Assembly (NCBI GenBank): GCA_963674735.2
Contig: CAXXQS010000002.1
Coordinates: forward strand, 640,001 to 704,000
Reading direction: 5' to 3'
Source of the DNA: Myxococcota bacterium
Lineage (GTDB): Bacteria > Myxococcota_A > SURF-8
DNA length: 64,000 nucleotides
Position numbers and translations under genes: made by a program. Below are positions 55,144 to 64,000 of this stretch, piece after piece; the first letter of the stretch is position 1; each line of letters opens with the position of its first letter. The notes under the pieces are model-generated. The model saw only the letters and a list, made by a program, of their open reading frames with translations, was not told where the DNA came from and did no database searches.

Positions 55144-55566
55144 TTACGGCTGGGTCGGCGAGTCGCGCACCACCGTGCGCACGGAAAACTGCGGCGGGTC
55201 GAGGATCGTCTTTTTCACCGCACATTGATCGGCTACACGCATGATGGCGGCGTGGTATTTTTCCGGAAAACTCGGCGGCACTTCGATCTCCAATGCAATT
55301 TCACCGATGCCTTTTCCCGACGGAAGCGGCGTCAACTTCTGCACCACTCTGATATCATCCGTGGAAATGTGGCGGCTCTGGCAGAAACGCGCCACGTAGA
55401 TTCCCGCACAGGTGGCAATGGAAGCGAGAAACAGAACGAAAGGCTCGGGGGCGCTGCCTTCACCGCCGGATTTGACCGACTGATCCGTCTTGATCTCGAC
55501 ACCCATGAAGTGGGCATCCACTTTCGCTCCGCCGGGGAAGGTAACGACCATGTCAGTTGTGCTCAT
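55144..55566 (-). CDS. OsmC-family protein
   Basis: TDQ..GGEGSAPEPF.LFLASIATCAG...CAVKKTI pattern. RBS AAGGAG. Confidence 0.88.
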   Translation of the reverse strand: MSTTDMVVTFPGGAKVDAHFMGVEIKTDQSVKSGGEGSAPEPFVLFLASIATCAGIYVARFCQSRHISTDDIRVVQKLTPLPSGKGIGEIALEIEVPPSFPEKYHAAIMRVADQCAVKKTILDPPQFSVRTVVRDSPTQP

Positions 55567-55780
55567 CGGGTGGCTCCTTGGTTCGCGGTTGTCGGGCACA
55601 GCTCTTTCCGCGTTTAATGTAAGCCCGATCTTCCCGAATGCAAGGTAAGCAAAGGAGAATTAATCGGAGCGCCGGAAACCGAATCAGAGCGCGGAGGAGT
55701 TTTTCATCGCATCTCGGCTTTCAAAACGCTTTGTGGTATGATAGTTGCTCATCGTTCGCGACTGACTTCAGGGGATTTTC

Positions 55781-57178
55781 GTGCTCGCTCGACTGACTCA
55801 ACAGCTGCTCAGCCTCAAAGCCGCCGCGTTGAAAGGCTGGGACCAAGGCCAAGACTGGGTATGGCAACCCAACGAGTCGCTCGTTCCGCCGTGGCAACAG
55901 CTTCAAACGGTGGCGCGGCTGGCGCTGATCCTGGGTTACGGCATTCGCGACAACCGTCTGGTGGTGCGCGCCTCGGCCCTCACCACCATGTCGCTGTTGT
56001 CGGTGGTGCCCTTTATCGCCGTGGGAATCGCGCTTTTGCAGACCTTCGGCGTGTGGAACCCGGAAACGCTGCGCGATCAGCTTATGCGCGGACTGCCCGA
56101 GTTCAAAGCGGTGATCGAACGGGTATTCCCTCTTCTTGAACAAACCGATTTCGCTGCCCTGGGACGTCTCGGCCTACTGGTGCTGGCCGCCTCGGTACTC
56201 TCGATGTTCGGACGCATCGAACGTAGCTTCAATGCCCTGTGGGGCATTCGCCGCGATCGGCCGCTATGGCGCAAACTCATCGATTACACCGGCGTTATGC
56301 TGATGGTCACCCTGCTGCTGGTGAGTTCCTGGTTTTTCCAGATCCTCTCCCTCGACCTGACCGCCGAATTGACCGGCTGGTTGTCTCCGGGAGCGCTGAC
56401 ACGCGTCATTTCCACCGTCGCCTCGGTGGCTTTCATCAGCTTGAGTTTCGCCATTCTGATCAAAACCATGCCCAACACGGATGTCCCGCTCAAAGCGTCA
56501 CTGATTGCCGGTGCGGTGGGCGGTCTCGGCTACTCACTCGTCAGTTTCGGCTATTTCGAGCTCCAGCTCGGCATGGCCAAAACAAACTTGCTGTATTCGT
56601 CGTTGGCTTTTTTACCGGCCACCATCGTGTGGGTGGAAATTTCATGGATTCTCATCCTGGCCGCCGCCGAGCTGGCCTATGTTCTAACCAACTTCCATCG
56701 TTTCCGCCGCGAATTGCTAAGCGGCGTCGTATCCCCGGAATTTCAAGAGCATACGGCCCTTAAAGCCGCGGCCGAACTGGCGCGAAATCACCGACGAAAC
56801 ACCGACCAAGGCCTGGATATCGGCGAGTTGTCCGACCGCCTGCGCCTGCCCAGCCACTTCGTTGCACGGGTGTGTGACCGGCTGCGAGCAGTGGGAATCG
56901 TCGAGCCGCTGGCCAAAGGCCGCCTGCGCCTGGTTGCCGCCCGCAGCAAAGACTTACGCCCCAACGACGTCCTGATGGCGGTCCGTCGTCTGGGTCCGGC
57001 CCCCCATGGAACCGAAGACGATGCAGCTGGGCGTTTCATCGCGGGTTACGCCGAAACGGTGGAATCCCTGTTGGCCGGACTTCCCGAGAACGGTCGATTG
57101 CTCGACATGGTCGATCCCGGCGACGCGGAAACCGCGCAGGGCCAAAAACCTCGACAGCCGTCGGGAGACACCCTATAA
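55781..57178 (+). CDS. YihY/BrkB-family membrane protein with C-terminal winged-helix-like domain
   Basis: RASALT..SLLSVVP, IERSFNALWG and MPNT motifs, multiple transmembrane segments, and a C-terminal helix-turn-helix-like segment. Confidence 0.85.
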   Translation: MLARLTQQLLSLKAAALKGWDQGQDWVWQPNESLVPPWQQLQTVARLALILGYGIRDNRLVVRASALTTMSLLSVVPFIAVGIALLQTFGVWNPETLRDQLMRGLPEFKAVIERVFPLLEQTDFAALGRLGLLVLAASVLSMFGRIERSFNALWGIRRDRPLWRKLIDYTGVMLMVTLLLVSSWFFQILSLDLTAELTGWLSPGALTRVISTVASVAFISLSFAILIKTMPNTDVPLKASLIAGAVGGLGYSLVSFGYFELQLGMAKTNLLYSSLAFLPATIVWVEISWILILAAAELAYVLTNFHRFRRELLSGVVSPEFQEHTALKAAAELARNHRRNTDQGLDIGELSDRLRLPSHFVARVCDRLRAVGIVEPLAKGRLRLVAARSKDLRPNDVLMAVRRLGPAPHGTEDDAAGRFIAGYAETVESLLAGLPENGRLLDMVDPGDAETAQGQKPRQPSGDTL

Positions 57179-57185
57179 TCGAAAC

Positions 57186-57770
57186 ATGACACGCTTGTTT
57201 CATGCACTTCCCGTTCTCGTTGTCGCGCTCTTTTTCACCGGCGCTTGCGGCACGGGTTATGGCGATGGCCGCGGTAAAATAAGCGGCGTCGTGTGCCTCA
57301 ATCCCGATGACCCGACCGACTGCAACGACGCCTTTCATTTCACTCCCGATTTTTTCGCCATCGAGCAGGTCGGCGAACGCACGGTACTCGATCTGCGCGC
57401 CAAAGGCCGGGCGGAAGAAGAAGCCGATATCCTGCTCTTTTATCTCTACGACGTCGATGCCGTTCGCGCCCGCAACCTATGCGAAGACGGCGTGGAACTC
57501 CAGGAAGATGGCCTGGTGCGTCCGCAATTGCATCTCAACCGCAGCTACGGCGCCGATCACTACCCTCTGACCGTCTCGCCCGACTCCGAAAAGTCGGTTA
57601 TCCGCTTCGACCGCTTCACCTTGGAAAATGGCGAACGGATCGAAGGAAGCTTCAACATGCAACTCGTCGGTCGACCCGATGAGGCGGCGCGCGGACAGTT
57701 GAGCGGCTGGTTTCGCTTCGATGTACATGAAGCGCCGCCCGGCAACAACGTGGAACTCGACAACTGGTAA
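57186..57770 (+). CDS. Hypothetical lipoprotein
   Basis: MTRLFHALPVLVVALFFTGA-C lipobox and a beta-rich body. Tight operon spacing on both sides. Confidence 0.7.
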   Translation: MTRLFHALPVLVVALFFTGACGTGYGDGRGKISGVVCLNPDDPTDCNDAFHFTPDFFAIEQVGERTVLDLRAKGRAEEEADILLFYLYDVDAVRARNLCEDGVELQEDGLVRPQLHLNRSYGADHYPLTVSPDSEKSVIRFDRFTLENGERIEGSFNMQLVGRPDEAARGQLSGWFRFDVHEAPPGNNVELDNW

Positions 57771-57783
57771 GAAAGCAATAATC

Positions 57784-58707
57784 ATGAACGATTCTCAATA
57801 TCTGCACGCGCGGGGAACCGTCCCCGAATCTCTGGCCGACGACGCCGAAGCCCTGCTCCTGTTCGAAGGGGTCAAAGGCGTTCAGCGTGTCGACAGTACC
57901 TTTCTCCCGCCGGGCGAAACACCGCCCGCAACCGGTGACTGTCGTATCGAGTTTTACCTGCCGGCCAGTTCCAATACCGAACAGGGCCTTTTGCCACGCA
58001 TCAAGGACCAATGGAATGCCTTTATCGCGCGTCACTCCCTCGATCCGATAGGCTCGGCCCTGCAGATCGAAGCGCTGGATTCGGAGGAATGGGCTACCAG
58101 TTGGCGACGTTTTTTCCACCCCTTGAAGATCGGGCAACGCCTGTGGATCTCGCCAAGCTGGGAACCCGCCGTCCTGCAACCCGGCGACCTGAACATCGAA
58201 ATCGATCCCGGCATGGCTTTCGGCACCGGCTCCCACGAAACCACCCGCCTGATCCTCGATTGGCTCGACGCCCAGGCCGAAGCAGGCGCGCTCCCCGAGG
58301 TCTTGCTGGATGTCGGCGCGGGTTCGGGCGTGCTGAGCCTCGCCGCACTCCGTTTGGGCGCTCACCGAATCGTGGCGATCGACAACGATCCCGAAGCGGT
58401 GCGCGTGGCAGGTGAAAACACGAAACGAAACGGCATCGACGCGGAACAATTCAACGTCACGCTCACCCCGGTCGCCGCTCTTGACGGCGCTTATCCGGTC
58501 GTCATGGCCAACATTCTTTCCTCCATTCTGCTGGCCATGAAAGACGACCTGGCGCGCCTCACCGAATCGGGCGGCATGTTGCTGCTATCGGGTATTTTGG
58601 AAGAGGAAGCCGACGAGGTGGTCGATGCCTTCGTTCGCACCGGACTGAGCCACACCCACACCCGCCTCCTCAACGGCTGGGCGCTGCTGGAATTCAGCCA
58701 TTCCTGA
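57784..58707 (+). CDS. prmA: 50S ribosomal protein L11 methyltransferase
   Basis: IDPGMAFGTGSHETT, LDVGAGSGVL, ANIL and LSGIL motifs. Confidence 0.95.
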   Translation: MNDSQYLHARGTVPESLADDAEALLLFEGVKGVQRVDSTFLPPGETPPATGDCRIEFYLPASSNTEQGLLPRIKDQWNAFIARHSLDPIGSALQIEALDSEEWATSWRRFFHPLKIGQRLWISPSWEPAVLQPGDLNIEIDPGMAFGTGSHETTRLILDWLDAQAEAGALPEVLLDVGAGSGVLSLAALRLGAHRIVAIDNDPEAVRVAGENTKRNGIDAEQFNVTLTPVAALDGAYPVVMANILSSILLAMKDDLARLTESGGMLLLSGILEEEADEVVDAFVRTGLSHTHTRLLNGWALLEFSHS

Positions 58708-58816
58708 CGATTCGCCCAACCGGCTCTAAATCGTGGAAATTCATCGCGGTCTGTGCTATTATACTGAGTGGTTTTTTCAAGGTTCCCACAAATGGCAAGG
58801 ATGGCGGACACGAAAC

Positions 58817-59563
58817 ATGGAGCGCGTATATGTGCCCGATGCGCAAGAAGGCGAAACGATCGGCCTGCCGAAAGACAAGGCCCATTACCTCACTCGCGTC
58901 CATCGTCTGAAAAACAGAGACCCTCTCTTGGCCTTCGACGGAGTGGCGTGTGAATACGCTGCGGAATTGGTCGTCGACAAGGGTATGCCGGTCCGGTTGG
59001 CCGTTGGGAACTGCGTGCGGCGCGAAAGCGCTCCGCGTTTGCATTTAACCCTGGCCCAGGGGCTGCCCAAACAGGGAAAACTGGAGACGATCATCCAGAA
59101 GGCCACGGAATTGGGCGTCTGCGCCATCGCGCCCTTCGCCTCGCGTTTCGGTTTACCGCGTATCCCGCGCTCGGGTGCCGAGGTCAAGCTGCAACGTTGG
59201 CGAACCATCGCTGAAGAGGCCTGTCGCCAATGCGGTCGCATCCGCCTGCCGCAAATCCTGGCCCCTCAGCCTTTCGAAAGGCTGATCGAGCAAGCGGCGG
59301 GACAGACCGTGTGGTTGGCCGATGAACACAAACGCGGCACGGTCTTGACCGAGCTGTGCAAAGACCCCGCGCCGCCGGAACTGACCCTGATCGTCGGACC
59401 GGAAGGCGGTTTTCATGAAGGGGAAGTCGCCCAGGCACAGGCTGCCGGGGCGCAACTGGTTTCACTGGGGCCCCGGATCCTGCGCACGGAAACGGCGGGA
59501 CCGGCCCTGCTGGCAATCGTTCAGACACTGTGGGGCGACATGGGCGCGTTCGACCGCCCCTGA
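58817..59563 (+). CDS. rsmE: 16S rRNA m3U1498 methyltransferase
   Basis: QKATELG, EACRQCGR, VGPEGG and LGPRILRTETA motifs. Confidence 0.95.
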   Translation: MERVYVPDAQEGETIGLPKDKAHYLTRVHRLKNRDPLLAFDGVACEYAAELVVDKGMPVRLAVGNCVRRESAPRLHLTLAQGLPKQGKLETIIQKATELGVCAIAPFASRFGLPRIPRSGAEVKLQRWRTIAEEACRQCGRIRLPQILAPQPFERLIEQAAGQTVWLADEHKRGTVLTELCKDPAPPELTLIVGPEGGFHEGEVAQAQAAGAQLVSLGPRILRTETAGPALLAIVQTLWGDMGAFDRP

Positions 59564-59592
59564 AGCGGAGCGACTGTACAAGGAGCACTGGG

Positions 59593-61140
59593 ATGAGATG
59601 TACCAAATGCAAGAAAGACATTCCCGAAAACGCCACCGTTTGCCCGATCTGCGGCTTTCCGGTGTTGGAAGACGATTCCTATTCGGCCGATGAAGATACG
59701 GTGGCGGAAACGGGAAAACCGGTGCGTCGCCTGCACTTCGGCCGTCCGGCCGACGACCTCGACGTCACGGTCCCGCTCGATACGTCGCTGGGGACTGATG
59801 TTGAAAACGGGGATTTTTTTCTGGATGATAACGGAACCGACGAAACGGAGGATGAAGGAGAATTCTCGCTGGATGATGGCGCAGAGTCACCCACCGACGC
59901 TGAATCCTTTGAATTTTCGGACGACGACCCACCGGTCCCACCAGAGAAAACCGAAGCGGATGTGACGGATATTCCCGACGAAAATACCGCCATACCAGAA
60001 CCGGTGACCGTCGTTGACGACGTCGCGGCGGTTGCAACACCCCCCGTGCCGAAACCGCCCAAAGCTCAACCCGCTCGCGTCGCCGACAAACCTCAAACAA
60101 CGGCGAAGCCGGTTTTGGGAAACCAGCCCTTGACATCGGAAGGCGGGGATTCTTCCGAAGAACTCAAGCGAGTGCTGAAAACCATTTTCACTCCGACTGC
60201 CGCAGCCAAACCGCATAGCCAGGCCACGGAACCCGCCGACAAACCCCACGCAGGCCCAAGCCGCCTGTCCTCCAAAAACGAAAAACCCGCTAGCGAGGAA
60301 CCGGCCTGGACGATGAATCAAGAGAAGGCGGAACCACCCGCCCCACCAGCCGCGACCCGACCCGCGCCGCCGACCCAAACCGTCCGGCCCGCGAGTCCTC
60401 CGCCCTTGCCGCAACAAAAAGCCGCGCCGCCGAAAAGAACCGAGGAACCGACCTGGACGTTGGGCGAAAGAAAAGCGACCGACCCGGCGAGTCGGCCGTC
60501 TCCCTCACCCATACCGGAACCTCCCAAGACAGTGCCAAACACCCAGCCCACCGCGCCAGAAGCCCCGAGCTGGACACCGCCGACGCCGATGAACGCGAAA
60601 AAAACGACCGCCGCGCCGAAACCCGTTGAAGCGGATACGGAAGTGGAAACCCAGGAAGTTCACGTCACCGTGGGCGGTTTTCTACGACGCCTGCTGGCGG
60701 GTCTGGTCGATCAAGCGATCGTTCTACTTCTGACGGCAGGCTTCATGACCGTCGCCTTGTGGGCCTTTGGCAGCCAGCGTCTGCCCGATTTGGGAAGCGG
60801 AGGATTGGGTTATCTGACGGCGTTGGCCACGAACTACCCGCAGATGCCGGTCGCCTACGCGACCCTCTACGTTTTTCTGTTCGCCTTGCTATCGATCTTC
60901 TTTTCCATGACAACCGGGCAAACTCCGGGTAAGATGCTGTTTGACCTTCGGATGATTCAGGATGACGGTGAACCGCTCAGCGGATGGCGCGCCATCGTGC
61001 GCTTCGTTGCCTATGCATTGAGCATCGCACCGTTTTTTATGGGTGTGCTGTGGATCTTGGCCGATCACAGCCGCCAGGCTCTGCATGACAAAATAGCCCA
61101 GACCCTGGTCGTCCGTGTGAATCCGAAACCGAAGATCTAA
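59593..61140 (+). CDS. Zinc ribbon, long acidic/Pro-rich linker and RDD membrane domain
   Basis: CTKC...CPICG at the N-terminus. RDD signature RRLLAGLVD...GQTPGKML...ALHDKIAQT. Confidence 0.85.
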   Translation: MRCTKCKKDIPENATVCPICGFPVLEDDSYSADEDTVAETGKPVRRLHFGRPADDLDVTVPLDTSLGTDVENGDFFLDDNGTDETEDEGEFSLDDGAESPTDAESFEFSDDDPPVPPEKTEADVTDIPDENTAIPEPVTVVDDVAAVATPPVPKPPKAQPARVADKPQTTAKPVLGNQPLTSEGGDSSEELKRVLKTIFTPTAAAKPHSQATEPADKPHAGPSRLSSKNEKPASEEPAWTMNQEKAEPPAPPAATRPAPPTQTVRPASPPPLPQQKAAPPKRTEEPTWTLGERKATDPASRPSPSPIPEPPKTVPNTQPTAPEAPSWTPPTPMNAKKTTAAPKPVEADTEVETQEVHVTVGGFLRRLLAGLVDQAIVLLLTAGFMTVALWAFGSQRLPDLGSGGLGYLTALATNYPQMPVAYATLYVFLFALLSIFFSMTTGQTPGKMLFDLRMIQDDGEPLSGWRAIVRFVAYALSIAPFFMGVLWILADHSRQALHDKIAQTLVVRVNPKPKI

Positions 61141-61159
61141 CCGGGAAAACGGGAGAACC

Positions 61160-62713
61160 ATGCAATCGGATGCGCCGGAAAATTCTTCTTCCGACTTCCT
61201 GTTCGCACTCGAACGGCGATTGGCGGATTTGCAGAATCCACGCCGGATTCTCGACGAAATCTGCCAGCACATCGCAACCGAAACCCCTTTTTGCGCCTTT
61301 TTGAGGGTTCACGGGCAGGCCGCCCGCGGGTGGTTGTTTCACACCCATCCCCCTATGCCGACCTTCGATATCGGTCGCCTGGAATTGATGACAGCTAACA
61401 TCCCCGAACTGGCACAGGTGTTGGAGCAGGATGTTCCGCAGACCCTGCACGCTCTGGAGGCCTCCGGCTGGAATGCCATCCGCGACCATGTCGGACACGA
61501 GCAAACGGAATTCTGTACGCTCTTTCCGTTGCGAATCAGTTCACGCACCCCCTTTCTTTTCCTGCTGGCTACCGCCGAGCCACCCGACGCCGCCCGGATG
61601 GGACTCTTGCGCCAACTGCTGGCCTATGCGGGATGGCGTCTCGAAGCGCTGATCCTCAATAAACGTGAAACACCCGGCACCTCTAGCTCCATTGCAGCCC
61701 CCCAACCGAAAAAACCGCAACGTGTATCGCGCTTGATGGGAATGAACTGGTTGTCGGCCTGGCGCACGGCCGACGATCCTCCGCGCCGTCGTCCGTCGGA
61801 CAAAGCTCTTGAAGCCATGAACGGTGAAAGCCGGCCCCTTGAGTTGCAGGCCGAAGACGCACGGCCCGACGAACCCGCCCCTGACACCGGCAACGCAAAA
61901 CCGGAGCACGATTCAACGTCGATCCTGGTCGATCCCAGCCTGATGGCCGCTGAATCAGGACACTCTCTCCATGCTTCCGATCATTTAAGTCTGTCAGCCA
62001 CCGCCAATCCGGTCCCTAAATCGGCGCTACCCGATCCGGCAGAGATCCCGGGAGGCGCGGAACGGCTCGCTCGCCTGAATCAAGACCCCGAGGCCGAACG
62101 CGAAGTCCGTCGCCTGTTGGCCAGCGAAGAAGCAGAAGAACGCAAACTGGCCGTTCTACTGGTGGCCAACGGGAACCTGGTCGGCAGCCTGCCGCATCTC
62201 GCCCTGCATTTGTTCGACCCTTCTCCCGACGTTGCCGAACTTTCGGCCCGAACCCTCCGTTACCATCGTCATTCCAAGCACTTCGCACCTGTCGAAGCGG
62301 TCGTCAATAGTCGTATCGACTTGCAAGATCCCGATATCGAACTCGCGATTCTGGCCGCCCGGCGACTGCGCGCCCGCCGCTGCCTCCCCGCCCTGATCAA
62401 TCTACTCGATGCACCGGACTATCGAGAAAGCGCCCGGGAAGCCTTGCTCCTGATCACCTTGAACGACCCCGGCGACCAGCGTAGCGACTGGCAAACCTGG
62501 TTTGAAGCGCACGGACACGACCCGGAAGAAGCCTGGTACCTGACCGCCCTGGAACAGTCCGACGTTCCCCTGGCCCGCCGGGCCGTGGAAGAATTGGAGT
62601 GGCTGGCCGGGCAAAGCCTGGGATCCTTCGATCTCAGTGTCGTCCGCGAACGCAATCAAGCCAAATCCATCTGGGAACAATGGTTGAAAGACAGGCAGAA
62701 AAACCCTGATTAA
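61160..62713 (+). CDS. HEAT-repeat protein with N-terminal GAF-like region
   Basis: HEAT-like units (SLPHLALHLFDPSPDVAELSA; CLPALINLLD...ARREAL-like helices) and a low-complexity middle region. Confidence 0.6.
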   Translation: MQSDAPENSSSDFLFALERRLADLQNPRRILDEICQHIATETPFCAFLRVHGQAARGWLFHTHPPMPTFDIGRLELMTANIPELAQVLEQDVPQTLHALEASGWNAIRDHVGHEQTEFCTLFPLRISSRTPFLFLLATAEPPDAARMGLLRQLLAYAGWRLEALILNKRETPGTSSSIAAPQPKKPQRVSRLMGMNWLSAWRTADDPPRRRPSDKALEAMNGESRPLELQAEDARPDEPAPDTGNAKPEHDSTSILVDPSLMAAESGHSLHASDHLSLSATANPVPKSALPDPAEIPGGAERLARLNQDPEAEREVRRLLASEEAEERKLAVLLVANGNLVGSLPHLALHLFDPSPDVAELSARTLRYHRHSKHFAPVEAVVNSRIDLQDPDIELAILAARRLRARRCLPALINLLDAPDYRESAREALLLITLNDPGDQRSDWQTWFEAHGHDPEEAWYLTALEQSDVPLARRAVEELEWLAGQSLGSFDLSVVRERNQAKSIWEQWLKDRQKNPD

Positions 62714-62968
62714 GCCGAATGGTTTTACGTGTTTTGACCCAACAGTAAAAAATGTGGCCGACTCCGATAGTCGGCAAATCGGGTGTTTGTAAAATTCCCT
62801 AACAATTCCCGGCAAATGTCCGATGTATGATTCAACTAGCTGTACTGCATCTTTCAAAACGTTTGAAATGCTCAATTTTTAGTTGCATTGCGACTTGTGC
62901 TGTGCTAATACCGCGACGCACTGCATCACAAAGCGCAACGAAAAAACTGAATCCAGGAGGAAAGTACG

Positions 62969-64000
62969 ATGAAGCGAATCGCGTATGTGGTAGTTGTTTT
63001 ATGCTTGTTATTAACCTCGTCGGTCTGGGCCGAAGAAGCCAAGGCGAAAGTCGACGGCATCGCCCCCGTCACGCCGACGTCCCCCGTCAAAGCGGTCGCC
63101 CCGGTCGAAGAGAAAGCGCCGGAGCAAGGCAAGGTTTTCACCAGCATCGGCAATCTGCTGCAGTTCTACGGTCAGTTGCGCCTGGACTACTCGCTGGATA
63201 CGTCCGAATGCGCGGGCGGCGGCAACTGGGTGTTCTGGGTTCTGCGCGACCGTAACAAAGCGGTCGGCGACCGTGATTTCAGCGACAATAAAGGATCCGA
63301 ATCCAACATCCACGCTCGCAACACGCGCCTGGGCTTCAAAATCAAAGGCACGCACATCGACGTTCTGAAGGCCGATCTCTCGGGTAAATTCGAGATCGAC
63401 TTCTTCGGCGGCGAAACCGGTACCGCCAACTGGAAAGCCATCCCGCGTCTGCGCGTCGGCGCCCTCACCCTCGACTGGGGCTGGGTTGAACTGATGGCCG
63501 GTAACAACTGGGACACCTTCAGCACCCTGTATCCCAGCAGCGACGACAACGCCATCAACTGGTGGACCGGTAACCTGGGCGCGCGCCGCACCATGCTGCG
63601 CCTCTCCTTCAAACCCATGATCGGCGATAAAACCCGCCTGTGGGTCCAGGCCGCCATTGCGCGTCCCTTCGATATCTCCGGTCAAGATTACGACAACCTG
63701 AACCAAGTCGGCACCGAAACCGATCTGAATGCCGACGGCATCATCACCGCCAAAGATGAATACGGGCGCGACACCGGCGAAGTCAAAGCGGCCGCCAAAG
63801 GCAACGGCGTCAACGACGGCGAAGCCTCCAAGATTCCGCAGATTCAGTGGCGCGTAGCCATCGAATCGCCGATCTGGACCAAAACGAATTTCCTGTTCGG
63901 CCTCAGCGGCCACTATCAGCGCGGCAAATATTCCAAGCCGATCATCAACAAAGAAAACTCCAAGACCATCAGCACCACCGATAGCTATCATATCGGCGCG
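62969..64000 (+). CDS. Outer-membrane porin, DcaP-like (runs off the window end)
   Basis: Not in the ORF track. RBS AGGAGG, signal peptide MKRIAYVVVVLCLLLTSSVWA, then QFYGQLRLD, HARNTRLGF, KFEIDFFG, PRLR and AGNNWDTF. Confidence 0.75.
   Translation, partial: MKRIAYVVVVLCLLLTSSVWAEEAKAKVDGIAPVTPTSPVKAVAPVEEKAPEQGKVFTSIGNLLQFYGQLRLDYSLDTSECAGGGNWVFWVLRDRNKAVGDRDFSDNKGSESNIHARNTRLGFKIKGTHIDVLKADLSGKFEIDFFGGETGTANWKAIPRLRVGALTLDWGWVELMAGNNWDTFSTLYPSSDDNAINWWTGNLGARRTMLRLSFKPMIGDKTRLWVQAAIARPFDISGQDYDNLNQVGTETDLNADGIITAKDEYGRDTGEVKAAAKGNGVNDGEASKIPQIQWRVAIESPIWTKTNFLFGLSGHYQRGKYSKPIINKENSKTISTTDSYHIGA

Noticed and set aside
63011-63991. 326-aa minus-strand ORF at the window end
   Set aside because: It is the shadow of the plus-strand porin starting at 62969.

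Overview
GC-rich chromosomal window, most consistent with a Myxococcota or related deltaproteobacterial genome (RomR-like regulator next to valS, MYXO-CTERM-like tail, many Cys-rich lipoproteins with DGD repeats). The housekeeping backbone is ppiD-like, mrdA, valS, nadC, glmU, glmS, tRNA-Gly(CCC), prmA, rsmE, nhaA and an OadB-type decarboxylase beta subunit, interleaved with envelope and signalling genes. I saw no mobile element or CRISPR array. The main observation is a bipartite motif RGTRACAS-N13-CGGTGTTYA with fixed spacing, found four times on the minus strand, each 25-70 nt before a start codon. It precedes an ECF sigma / membrane anti-sigma / exported caspase operon (17692-17721) and, 11-14 kb away, tonB (6563-6592), a small-protein + beta-barrel operon (5449-5478) and exbB-exbD (3867-3896). 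The inference is one ECF regulon that couples a TonB-ExbB-ExbD motor, with no TonB-dependent receptor in the window, to an envelope caspase: a candidate protease-based trans-envelope signalling system. Other points of interest are an acidic DGD stalk shared by five surface proteins, a ~2370-aa Cys-rich lipoprotein, and a receptor-topology Ser/Thr kinase directly upstream of glmU-glmS. All family assignments come from motifs read by eye; no database searches were run.
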